In this document: positions 49,654 to 60,484 of the stretch, in pieces | Layout of the letters: each line of letters opens with the position of its first letter | Position numbering within the stretch: position 1 is the first letter of the stretch | DNA from: a virus | Taxonomy: Duplodnaviria > Caudoviricetes | DNA: 64,000 nt | Reading direction: 5' to 3' (one strand) | Virus record (IMG/VR): IMGVR_UViG_3300000510_000016 | Span: 1-64,000 of that record | Notes under the pieces: model-generated | What the model saw: only the letters and a program-made list of their open reading frames with translations | Told to the model about the DNA's origin: nothing | Databases searched by the model: none | Made by a program: the position numbers and the translations under genes

Positions 49654-50792
49654 TTCATTAAATCCTATTTAAGTAAATTTAAGTTTCTAAGTAAGTAACG
49701 CCTATTCTATAGATTATAATTAATAAAGTAAAGCATTATTTTAATATATTTTAGAATGTAGCAGTAAAGATAAGCGCAATAAAGATTAATTGCATAACTA
49801 ACAAGCATAATAAAAAAGTATTGTTTTTGGCATAATTGCCTATCATCTTGGCTATATAAAAATGGTCACTATATACGCCGTATTCGCTATATACGGTCTT
49901 ATTCAATGTTAGTGGTAACGATAGGCTATAGCTAGTTTTATCATGTGTTAGGATAGGTATGTAAGCCACTGATTGATTGATATTAGTAATGCCAAGCTGA
50001 TTAGTCGCAGCAGTCTTTAAAAATACAAGCCACTGACCAAATTTATAACGGTATGTTTCAGTTGGTTTAATAGTTAGCTTAGTCATTTTATGAGCCTCAG
50101 TGAATAGGGTTGAATTGTTCATTTTGGTTTATCCTTATGCGTTAATATCTTGAATGTAATATTGAGATGTACAGCTTAAGTAATTATCTACTTTGAGTAA
50201 TTGCACGTTATCAACAATAAAATAAGCCTTACTGCCATGTTCTAAGTTTACTACTTTTGAGCATTTAACATCAATACTTACTATCATGTTAAAGACATTT
50301 CTTGTTATTTCAGCATACATAATATTAATCCTTATATAAATTTATTGAGTAGATAAAAAGTGATAATGGCAATAATGATAAAACAGATTATCCCTTTAAA
50401 GATATCTCCAAACGATAATGGCTTGGCTGTCTCAATATAACCTTGGCTGCCTTTATAATCATTATAGCTATCATAACCTTGTTTTAAAGACTTGTTAGCG
50501 TATTTGTTACGTTGCTTGTTTTGCATGGTTATCCTTTATTTTGGATACACTACCTCCCTGCTCCAGTTTGGTAGTGTGTTAGCTAAGATATTAACCATTG
50601 CAATTGTTAGCAAATTCGATAGCGTCTGCTAGGTTGCTGCTATATACCATCTCATTATTATATATGCAAAAAACTCTTCCATCGGCGTGGACAATAAAAT
50701 CACCACCTTGAGCAAATGTTTTAAAGTTTTCTACTGTTAGTACGTTATTTAAAGTTTTCATAATGTTAGCCTTTTGATTAGTTGTTGTTGCT

Positions 50793-50845
50793 TGGTATGT
50801 GTCTATTATAAGTATTAACCAATAGGCTGTCAACACTTATTTTAA
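50793..50845 (-). repeat. About 50-bp promoter repeat, copy 1 (TTGACA-17-TATAAT + CATACCAAGCA leader)
   Basis: TGCTTGGTATG...CTATTATAAGTATTAACCAATAGGCTGTCAACACTTATT is nearly identical to 52150-52203. Confidence 0.85.
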
Positions 50846-52149
50846 TAATAATTATAATTATTTTATAGTTTACTAACCACCAACTATAGCTAAGTAAATA
50901 CCGTTATAAAGCATTAATGAAAAAGGGTTAAAAAAGATTGCACCAAAAAACAATGTAGGCTCTACCAAGTCTTTTAAGAACTCTACCACTTTAATAACAG
51001 ATATTACGATAATAGCCAATACAACAAAGTTAACGTTATTGACAGTAGCTTGCTCGATATCAGCTTTAATAGCTTTTAAACAAGCGCCAAAAGTAGTTTG
51101 GTAATTATCACCAGTTTTAATAACTTGCTTAGTCATGGCATGTGCTTGTTTGAATAATTGTGAGTTTGTCATGGCGGTTAATCCTATTAAGTGTTGTTTG
51201 CTTGGTATGGCTGTTATTGTATACACTTATTAACTACTTGTAAAGTGTTTAATCTGTTTTAATAGCAAATTAATGTTTTTATTATCTTCAAACGGTTGCC
51301 CAACTTCTAAGACTGATTTTACACTTCTTAGCCTAACCCACTCAAAGACCTTGTTATCTGTTACCATTATCATTGGTAGATATTCGCTACCACAGTCCCC
51401 CTTGCTATAATCTACCACCTGCAAGGGCGTATTGTTTGGCATAACATGACAATGCTTTAACAACACTACAGCGCCGATAACATTAGTTTTATCTAGCATA
51501 TTATTACCCCTATTTAAGCTTGTTTGCTATATTCAAAAAATGACTTCTAACAGCTTGCATTACTTCTTTATCATCATGTTTTATTGTAGTTATATAGCTA
51601 AGTAATTCAGCTCTATTAAACGGCACATAATAACTATTAATGTTATATTGCACAGCCTCAATAACTTCTATAACTTCTTTGTTATCTACCTTTACTGGTT
51701 TTTCAAAAACATTGATAAAGTGGGTTATTACGATATCACTTACTTGTGAATCCTGCTTATTAAAACTATACTTATTTTCTCTTATATGTGCTGCAATAGC
51801 TATAAGGGTATTATCAATAACATCATTTTTTACTAGGTTATTAATATCATCTATTGCCTTATTAACTAATAATGCTAGTTTGCTTGGCTCTGCTAAGTTT
51901 ACGCTGTTATTACTAGCAACCTGCTCTTCTAGCTTACGCTCACGAATAATAAGCTCAATTTTATATTCAGCAACAGTTTTTAAATGCTCTTCTACCTTAG
52001 CAGAATCAGCACCAAAGTTGCGAATAAAAGCAGGGGTCTTGTTTTCTAATAACTCTAAAAAATTAGCTTGTGAACGTACTGCTTCTTGAAGCTCAATAGT
52101 AAAATGGCACATAATAAAATCCTTAAATAGATTAATCAATAAGCTTGTT

Positions 52150-52203
52150 TGCTTGGTATGGCTGCTATTATAAGTATTAACCAATAGGCTGTCAACACTT
52201 ATT
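52150..52203 (-). repeat. About 50-bp promoter repeat, copy 2
   Basis: Near-identical to 50793-50845. Confidence 0.85.
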
Positions 52204-52209
52204 ATCATT

Positions 52210-53800
52210 TATATTAATATTATTTATTATAACATTTTAATGGGTTAACGCTGAAATAGACAGCCAAAATAAATACCGCCATAATCTACCACGTAAACAA
52301 GATTAATAACATTTAGACTTATTTACACAAAGAAACATTAAAAAGGTTGACTATATATTTTTAGGTTGCCTAACAAACTAGGTATATTTTACCTAACTGT
52401 TATATAAGGAACGCGCACACGAATAAACTAATCTGACTTACTTGTCAACACATTTCAACCAAAGTTACATAATAAATTTTATTTTGTAATTAGCTGATTT
52501 TTAGCTTGACTTTGACCAAACTTTTATGGTAGTTATTAATAAGTATCATATTCTAGGTATCACTGTCAATAGCATTTACAAAACTTTATTTATTTTTTGT
52601 AATTATCAATAAATCGGGTTGACAAGTGGTTATCAAATATGCTAGGGGTTATGACCCCCCTATCACATGCTGGGGGTAATTGTCAAGTTTGTAACTAAAG
52701 AAATAACATTTGCAGTACAATCGACAAGTTACAATGTAACATCACGTAAGTTTACAATGTAACTGAATTGTACGGTATATAAGGCTTTACCCCATATATC
52801 AAAAGCTAGCTAGCCCTAAAAATTTTCCTAGATTTTAAATCTTAGCTCGCCCCAAAATTCTAATACACTATATATAATATATAGATAGCCTTTATATAAT
52901 ATAATACTAGCTAGCCTTTTAGAGAGAAAGATAGAGAGAGAGGTCTCCCTTATACATATAGCACCATATCATGTATAGCCTATTGTGTATAGGTGTGTAG
53001 AGGGTTATGTCGGTAGGGGATATTGTGTGGGAGGGTGTTATTTGGACATTAGCAAACCAGATGCCCTGTGCAATATTTATATGTTGGAATACCTCTGTGA
53101 GAAAATGCTCTATGCTCAACTGCCGCGATTTGGTTTTTCCTTCGTAAAATATCTGGTAGTATAATATTATTTTATTAAGTAAATCATTACCCAATCTGGA
53201 CATCCAACCTAGATATACAGACAACACCATCTATAAAGATAGCACTATTACACAATGAAACCTTTATTCTATAAGGGATTAGCACCATCAACAATTACTG
53301 TTATCTATGAATATAGTATCAATATTATCCTCTTTACATTACAGTTACATTATATTTAATACTTTATGTATATATTAATAATTCATTTTCTAATTATAAT
53401 AATAACTTTTAATATTTAATATGTAATTGTTAATGTTTATTTATTAATGTGATGATTATAAATAAGAGTTATTGAGGGTGTATTGGGCAGGATTCTTATA
53501 CGAATCTGTGAATATATCCATAAGTATTTATTATTTTATTATAGTTATTGATAGTAAAAGTTGTGTTCTTGTTAGATGTATGTGCTGGATATTGTGTTAG
53601 GTTGTTCTGTTAGCAAGCCACACTACGAGAGCTAGACGCTCTCTTGTCTGTCTTTATATGATTTATTAAAGTGTAATTTTTTATAATATATAATCTATTT
53701 TTGTGATAAGTGCTAAGATATAATAGAACAATTTTACCGCTACCTATTGCATAACCATCTAATTAGGTGTATAATGCTCAGTATCAGTGTCAGATTTCAT
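52210..53800. promoter_or_regulatory. About 1.6 kb non-coding divergent region (candidate genome end and/or origin)
   Basis: No credible ORF; clustered TTGAC/GTCAA hexamers, palindromes and an AT-rich tract at 53300-53470; promoter TTGCAT-17-TATAAT at 53747-53775. Confidence 0.7.
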
Positions 53801-53839
53801 GCAGATATAAACCTTAGCATTTTTCACAGGGGAATACAA

Positions 53840-55660
53840 ATGAGTTTAGTAATAGAGAATACAATAACAGTTAAACATCCACATACATATCTTGGGGAGG
53901 TTATGTCTGACCTTCCTGACAACACTTACTTGTGTAAAGGCATTACAGGTTGTGGTGCTACGTCTTTAGCCTTAACCAATAATGTACCTTATATTGTTAT
54001 AGTGCCGTACATTAGTGCCATTGATAATAAGACAGAACAGGCAGAGAACAGTCATGTTAAGGGTGTTAAAGGGGGTGTCACCGTAGATGATATTGTAGAG
54101 CATGTAATAAGTATGAAAGATAAAGGAGAAAGGTTAAAGTTAATGACAACCTATGACTCATTCTTTAAATGTTATGAGGCTCTAGATAGGCTGGGTATGG
54201 TACAGGACTTTAAGTTATGTATAGATGAGGCTCATGTATTAGTATCATTAGCTAAGATTAAGGGTATATGTTTTAATTATCTGTATAAACATTTTAGATT
54301 GTTTAAATCTTATGTATTTATTACAGCTACTCCTAACGATAAGAGTTTGTTACCTAGTGCTATTCAAGATGTAGATTTTGTAAGAGTTGTTTGGGAAGCT
54401 GCTGAGAAAGTAGAGATAACAGAACAAAGAGTTAAGAGTGTTAGAGAGTGCAACAAGGTGGTAGTAGAGATATGTGTATCACACCTACTAGGAGAGGTTG
54501 ATGGTAATGCTTACATATTCTATAACAGTGTTAGTGAGATTATTGCTGTTATCAAGAAACTTAAGAACTTGGAGGATTTTACTTCCGATAATGTAAATAT
54601 CTTTTGTGCCAACAACCCTTATAATGAGAAGCGTCTTAATGCACAGCTGGGCAAGGAGTTCGGAGGTGGCAGTTTTAATGATTGCAAGAAGATTAACTTT
54701 CTAACCAGTGGTCATTATGAGAGCTGTGATATCAATGATATGGAAGGAAAGAGTTATATTATTGTTAGCTCTAAGAGGAACAGTACCGCACTAACCAATC
54801 ATATATGTGTAACTCAGATTGTGGGCAGGTTAAGAAAGAGTGAATATAAGAATGAAGCTGTAATGATTATTGCAGGGTTCGAGGAAGATGTTTATCAACA
54901 ACCACTTAATGATTTTAAGAATACATTAGATAAGATGGAGAGTGAGGCACAGTACCAGATAGATAGGGCTAACAAGGCTAAAGAAGATGGTTTTGAATCC
55001 ACTTATTTACAAGATTTAGACTCTTTCTCTACCAATCCTTTTGTTATTGTCAACACAGATGGCACACTAGAGATTAACTCAGGGGCTAGGTTATCTGAAC
55101 TACAAACTCACCAAGCATTTAATTCTTATATGGTTACTGTACCCAGAGATGTACAGAACAGTACAGTGAGGGTTGTAGATAATAATAAGATTGAGGTTTC
55201 TGACTTAGCTAGGTTATTAGTAGATGAAAAGGTTGACTTCTCTAGAATGATGAATGAGTATATTAAATCTATTGAGGAAGATGACTTAGGAACAACTGAA
55301 ATGATAGAGCAAAAGAGTAATTTACACAAGGAGTATGTTGATGTATTAGGTATTGATAGAATTAAATCACTAGGTAGCAATAAGACAAAGCTGACTAATG
55401 CTTATAACCTAGCAATAAAGTTTAGTGATAATAACTTAGAGATTAAGAGTAGGTTATCAAGCTTAAGGGTTGGCAAGAAGTATACATCTACAGATATTGT
55501 TAATCTATTGCAGAGTTGCTATGATGATTTAAACATTGATAGGAAAGCTGTTAGTAATGATATTAAGAACTACTTTATAGTTAGTAAAACTCAAGTGGTT
55601 AGTGAGATAGATGGTAAGAGGAAACAAGGGTTTAAAATAGTGTCGGATTTATATAAATAA
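53840..55660 (+). CDS. SF2 helicase-like / origin-binding-like protein with degenerate Walker A (start corrected to ATG 53840)
   Basis: GITGCGATSLAL, CIDEAH, FITATP and QIVGRLR motifs; SD AGGGG before MSLVIE. Confidence 0.7.
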   Translation: MSLVIENTITVKHPHTYLGEVMSDLPDNTYLCKGITGCGATSLALTNNVPYIVIVPYISAIDNKTEQAENSHVKGVKGGVTVDDIVEHVISMKDKGERLKLMTTYDSFFKCYEALDRLGMVQDFKLCIDEAHVLVSLAKIKGICFNYLYKHFRLFKSYVFITATPNDKSLLPSAIQDVDFVRVVWEAAEKVEITEQRVKSVRECNKVVVEICVSHLLGEVDGNAYIFYNSVSEIIAVIKKLKNLEDFTSDNVNIFCANNPYNEKRLNAQLGKEFGGGSFNDCKKINFLTSGHYESCDINDMEGKSYIIVSSKRNSTALTNHICVTQIVGRLRKSEYKNEAVMIIAGFEEDVYQQPLNDFKNTLDKMESEAQYQIDRANKAKEDGFESTYLQDLDSFSTNPFVIVNTDGTLEINSGARLSELQTHQAFNSYMVTVPRDVQNSTVRVVDNNKIEVSDLARLLVDEKVDFSRMMNEYIKSIEEDDLGTTEMIEQKSNLHKEYVDVLGIDRIKSLGSNKTKLTNAYNLAIKFSDNNLEIKSRLSSLRVGKKYTSTDIVNLLQSCYDDLNIDRKAVSNDIKNYFIVSKTQVVSEIDGKRKQGFKIVSDLYK

Positions 55661-55735
55661 TTAAAACAACCCTTGCACAATACAGCCAATATGTTATTAT
55701 AAGCATTCAAACACACACACCAACAGGGAATAAAT

Positions 55736-56455
55736 ATGAAATACATGGGTAGCAAGAATAGGTTTGCTAAAGAACTTTTACCAATCATTCTCAAAGACAG
55801 AGTAGATGGGCAATATTATGTAGAACCATTTGCAGGTGGTATGAACATGATTGATAAGGTGACAGGTAATCGTATTGCCAATGACTTTAATGAACAGCTA
55901 ATATCAATGTGGAAAGAGCTAATTAATAACAAGTGGACTCCTAAAGAATATTACACTAAAGATGAATATAAAGATATTATGCAGAACAAAGACAAATACC
56001 CTACTCATGTGCTAGGCTGGGTTGGTTTCAACTGTAGTTATTCTGGAAAGTATTTTGGTGGATTTGCAGGTAAAGTTACGACTAAAACTGGTGTTGAAAG
56101 AAATTATCAAGATGAAGCCTTTAGAAACACAATTAAACAAGTTCCTAATTTAGTAGGAGTTAATTTTGTTTGTGGCAGTTATGATGAAATAGAAATACCT
56201 GAACAATCAATTATTTATTGCGACCCTCCTTATCAGTCTACTACAGGGTACAGTAACGACATAGACCATGATAAGTTCTGGCAATGGGTAAGAGAAATGA
56301 CAGATAAAGGACACAAGGTATTTGTTAGCGAGTATAATGCTCCTGATGATTTTGAATGTGTTTGGGAGAAACAAACCAAAAGTAGTTTATCAGCTAACGG
56401 TGTTTCAGGTGGTAGCAAGGTATCTACAGAGAAATTATTTACACTAAACAAATAG
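55736..56455 (+). CDS. DNA adenine methyltransferase, Dam/D12 class
   Basis: KYMGSKN, YVEPFAGG, IANDFN, YCDPPY and VFVSEY motifs. Confidence 0.92.
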   Translation: MKYMGSKNRFAKELLPIILKDRVDGQYYVEPFAGGMNMIDKVTGNRIANDFNEQLISMWKELINNKWTPKEYYTKDEYKDIMQNKDKYPTHVLGWVGFNCSYSGKYFGGFAGKVTTKTGVERNYQDEAFRNTIKQVPNLVGVNFVCGSYDEIEIPEQSIIYCDPPYQSTTGYSNDIDHDKFWQWVREMTDKGHKVFVSEYNAPDDFECVWEKQTKSSLSANGVSGGSKVSTEKLFTLNK

Positions 56456-56468
56456 GATTATTATTATT

Positions 56469-57182
56469 ATGAAAGAATTTATGGACAACCAGACAGTAAA
56501 ACTACTACAAGGTGATTGCCTTGAGTTAATGAAAACTATTCCTAATGGAAGTGTAGATTTAGTATTGACAGACCCTCCTTACAACATTGCAAGAGATAAT
56601 AATTTTCACACAATGGGTAGAGCAGGAATTGATTTTGGTGAGTGGGATAAGGGCGCAGATATCTTGTCTTATATAGATGAGGTGTATCGTGTCCTTGACA
56701 AAAATGGAAGTTTCATTGTATTTAACGATTGGAAAAACTTAGGGGATATTGTCAAGTATGCTGAAAAACTAGGTTTTGTCACTAAGGATATGTTGAGGTT
56801 AGAGAAATCAAACCCAATGCCTAGAAACAGAGATAGACGTTACATTACAGATTATGAATGTGCAATCTGGTTCACTATGCCAAAAGCTAAGTGGATATTT
56901 AACAGACAAGATGAGAAATACCAAAGACCTAAGTTTGTGCATTCTATTGATAAAGGCTTTCATCCAACTCAAAAGAGTTTAGGATTAATGACTGACCTCG
57001 TTAAGATACATAGCAATGAAGGACAAGTTATCTTAGATTGTTTTGCAGGAAGTGGAACAACAGGGGTAGCTTGTATCAACACGGACAGAAAATTCATTGG
57101 TATCGAACTTGACGAAACCTACTTTAAAATCGCTAAAGAACGTATTGAGGATGCACAAATAAAACTAGGTGGTGGAATGTGA
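56469..57182 (+). CDS. DNA N6-adenine/N4-cytosine methyltransferase (beta class)
   Basis: TDPPYN, HPTQKS and ILDCFAGSGTTGVA motifs. Confidence 0.93.
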   Translation: MKEFMDNQTVKLLQGDCLELMKTIPNGSVDLVLTDPPYNIARDNNFHTMGRAGIDFGEWDKGADILSYIDEVYRVLDKNGSFIVFNDWKNLGDIVKYAEKLGFVTKDMLRLEKSNPMPRNRDRRYITDYECAIWFTMPKAKWIFNRQDEKYQRPKFVHSIDKGFHPTQKSLGLMTDLVKIHSNEGQVILDCFAGSGTTGVACINTDRKFIGIELDETYFKIAKERIEDAQIKLGGGM

Positions 57183-57768
57183 CTAAAGGTGATATTTATG
57201 TAGCACATGATTGCGGATGGAGGGTTGTGGTTACAAAAGTCACTACTACTAAGGTTACGTACTTTGCAGGATATGCTACAATAACAGAAAGTATAGATAA
57301 GTTTAACAGTGAGTTCTATAAAGAGGTTTAACCCACAAAAACACTTGCTAATAATCTAGTGAGTGTTATAATAACCATACACAAACAAGGATAATACAAA
57401 TGAGTATTTTATATAAAGCTACAACTGAAAGTGATTGTGAAGGAAGACGACCAAGAAAGGTATTAGGGGTATTCAAAGCTAACAGTAAGTTACAGGTTAT
57501 TGAATACTTAGTGGCTAACAATATCAAACCATATTACGGTTACATGGTTGAAGAAATAGATGTCTTAGACATATCAGATACAAAAGTTACATACGTAGCA
57601 GACATTATAGAAGAGAGTTATGGTACAATCAAGGTTGTGCTAAATGCAGAACGACAAGCAGAGCTAGAGAAACAACAACTTATTAAATCTGCTCTAGGCA
57701 AATTAACAGATAAAGAAATCTTAGCTTTGAAAGGTTATGACACTAAATATAAATAACAGGAGAACAAC

Positions 57769-58122
57769 ATGAGAGATATTAAATTCAGATGTTACGTTAA
57801 GTTCTTGGGTGAAATGCACGAAGTAAGAGAGCTGGTTCTTGATAGAGGCTCTGTAATGATTGAGGCATACCCTTATGGACTAGATAGAGATGATGCACCT
57901 GTAATGCAATATATAGGCATGAAAGATAAGAATGGCGTAGATATTTACGAAGGGGATGTTGTTCATTTCAATGTAAGAGGAGATAAACTCATACCTGAAT
58001 CCTTACCTTATTACAATGAAAAAGGAGCTGTAGAGATTTCTTTTGGTAGTGTAGGGTTTGGTGGGTGGGATTCAGCATATTGTACAGATATAGTAGTTGT
58101 TGGAAATATTTATCAAGCTTAA
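57769..58122 (+). CDS. YopX-family protein
   Basis: MRDIKFR...VMQYIGMKDKNGVDIYEGDVV...VVGNIY. Confidence 0.85.
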   Translation: MRDIKFRCYVKFLGEMHEVRELVLDRGSVMIEAYPYGLDRDDAPVMQYIGMKDKNGVDIYEGDVVHFNVRGDKLIPESLPYYNEKGAVEISFGSVGFGGWDSAYCTDIVVVGNIYQA

Positions 58123-58863
58123 CTTAGGAGAGCAATGTGAACAATTACGAAGAAGTAAAAGAAGTAGTAAATACCTTAATCAAAGACACTAACATACCAG
58201 AGAGCCAACAAAACACTGTAGCTGAGTACATCACTGAAGAACTAATCAGAAAGATAGATTTCTATACTAGGAAGTTCTATATGATTGTTACTAAAGATAG
58301 GAGATTCATTCGGTATAGTACAACATCAAGTGGCAGCAAGGGGGTATTTATTGGTATGTCACCATCAAGTGCTACAGTTTTTAATGATATTGTCAGTTGT
58401 AATGAGGTATTAAGTAAGTGTAAAAGTAAATACCCTAGCGAAGTTTTCTTAATAAAATCTTTTGAATATTAATATAAAATAACCCTTGTTATATATTTAA
58501 GCAGGGGTTATAATGTTTGTACCAACTCAGGAGAACACCAATGAACACACAACAGACATTCACCAAAGGTAATATCATCGTATCAGACATAGAATACGAT
58601 GCTTCAGCATCGGGGGACGGGGTTATATTCCTCCACCTAGAAAACGGAAGTATTGAGATTGATGTAGAAAGTTATTTTGGACAAACAGAGTACGCTAACT
58701 ATTGTTTTGTTAGTAATATTGTAGACGATAAGTGTTATTACCAATATCTAGATGATGAGAGCATTGAAGTAGTGGATAAATACTTAATTGAGAATAATAT
58801 CAAAGCTAAGTATATGGAAGAAGTTTCAGAAGCAGCTAGTCAAACATTTTAAGGGGAGATGAT

Positions 58864-59604
58864 ATGAGCTTAGATAGTAGAGTGGGTCAGGTTTTTAGTA
58901 CAAACGGTGGGACAGATTGTGTTATTACTGAGTACAAGGGTACATATAAGGTTAAAATCAAATTCTTAGATGAACATGGGTACGAAAATGAAGTTGCAAT
59001 GAAAGAGTTGAGGAACGGGGAAGTTAAAAACCCTTACTCCAAGAGTCTTCATGGTGTAGGATTTCTAGGAGAGGGTGTGTTCAAAACTTCTGTAAATAAG
59101 ATTCTGACTCCAGAGTACAAATACTGGAGTGATATGCTTATGAGATGCTATTACAAGACTTCCTTAATGAAAAATCCTAGTTATATTAACTGTATAGTCT
59201 GTGATGAGTGGCACAACTTCCAAATATTTGCTGACTGGATAACAAAACACGAATATTTTGGTCTAGGTTATGAGTTAGATAAAGATTTATTACTTAAAGG
59301 AAATAAATTGTACAGCCCAGATACCTGCTCTTTAATCCCCAAAGAGGTTAATATGGCGATAAATGGGGCTTACTTATCAAAAGGCAAGTGTAAGCAAGGT
59401 GTTACATTAAGAAAAAATGGTAAGTTTCAAGCTCAAATTTCTTACTTTGGAGAGAGTAAATATTTAGGTTGTTTTGAAACAGAAGAAGAAGCTTATAATG
59501 CCTATAAAGAAAGCAAAGAGTTTTACATAAAAAGTATTGCGGATAAGTGGAGTAAAAGAATTTCTAAAAAGTCTTATGATGCACTAATGTCATGGAGTAT
59601 TTAG
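58864..59604 (+). CDS. HNH-type homing endonuclease with AP2-like domain (paralogue of 36810-37553)
   Basis: YINCIVCDEWHNFQIFADW, LDKDLL..NKLYSPDTC and YLGCFETEEEAYNAYKESKE. Confidence 0.8.
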   Translation: MSLDSRVGQVFSTNGGTDCVITEYKGTYKVKIKFLDEHGYENEVAMKELRNGEVKNPYSKSLHGVGFLGEGVFKTSVNKILTPEYKYWSDMLMRCYYKTSLMKNPSYINCIVCDEWHNFQIFADWITKHEYFGLGYELDKDLLLKGNKLYSPDTCSLIPKEVNMAINGAYLSKGKCKQGVTLRKNGKFQAQISYFGESKYLGCFETEEEAYNAYKESKEFYIKSIADKWSKRISKKSYDALMSWSI

Positions 59605-60277
59605 TAATTATGAGCGTATTATCTGGGGCTTTAAAACCTTACGGTGATGTCTATTATGACTTCAATGATTGTGATGATGAATATTTTATTAAACTGTAAT
59701 TAGGAGAGAAATATGAATAAATTCAAAGTAGGTGATAAGGTGGTACGTGTATCAGAAACTTATGGTAAGGCTATTAAAGGAGGTGTATACGAGGTTAGTG
59801 GGGTATCCGACAATGAATGGGCTGGCAGTTGTGGAATCAATCTAAAAGGACATGAGGGCGTAAGTGGTAAGTTTAATTATGAATCAAGTTGTTTTGATTT
59901 ATATGTAGACGATGTTCTGTCACCACTAGAAGCTGCTGAAGCATTGATGAGTAAAGATAATCTACAAGTATTCGATAGTGATGCTAACAAGTGGTATGGA
60001 TTTCATAATGAACTTAGAAATATTACACTAGAAGATTTAAAACACATTAAACTTAGACACAAGCCTAAGACTGTGATTATTAATGGTGTGGAAGTAGTAG
60101 CTCCTGCCAAGAAAGATGATATTGAACAGTATTTTTATACAGTTAATTTTAGTGAAAACACTGTACACACTATTGATAAGGTATATATTGATAAAGGTTT
60201 CAATTATTATTGGGCTACAAAAGAAGATGCACAGAAAGCTTTAGATGCCATGTTAATTCCGTTTAAGGGGGGCGACA

Positions 60278-60484
60278 ATGAGTAAAGTTGAGTACCATTG
60301 TGTAGGCAGTTGCAATAAATGTAAAGGAAGTAATTCTGTGGAGATAACAGACACTTTAGATGGGCATACAATGTTAGAGGCTAAAACAGTTTGTAGTGTT
60401 TGTGGGTTCGAGGATTATTGGGCTTATGGGTGGTTTGAATCTGGGCAGGTTATGATAAGTAATTGTGAAAAGTACAGTTATTAA
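60278..60484 (+). CDS. Small zinc-ribbon protein
   Basis: CNKC...CSVC. Confidence 0.55.
   Translation: MSKVEYHCVGSCNKCKGSNSVEITDTLDGHTMLEAKTVCSVCGFEDYWAYGWFESGQVMISNCEKYSY

Larger units (their letters stand above)
45681..52112 (-). other. Leftward block of about 18 small early / host-takeover ORFs with multiple near-consensus sigma70 promoters
   Basis: All ORFs on the minus strand; at least six -35/-10 pairs; several acidic or membrane proteins. Confidence 0.8.

Noticed and set aside
50591-52208. Long N-termini given by the track for 50591-50836, 50873-51226 and 51510-52208
   Set aside because: They read through promoter sequence; SD-supported starts are at 50761, 51172 and 52112.
52919-53230. 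ORF 52919-53230 (-)
   Set aside because: No SD, atypical composition, and lies in the non-coding divergent region.
29475-56451. Minus-strand ORFs within rightward blocks (29475-29660, 33344-33577, 36844-37053, 37408-37656, 37691-37933, 42314-42532, 43692-44030, 55126-55380, 55591-55794, 56233-56451)
   Set aside because: Antisense to better-supported genes and lacking SDs or recognisable motifs.
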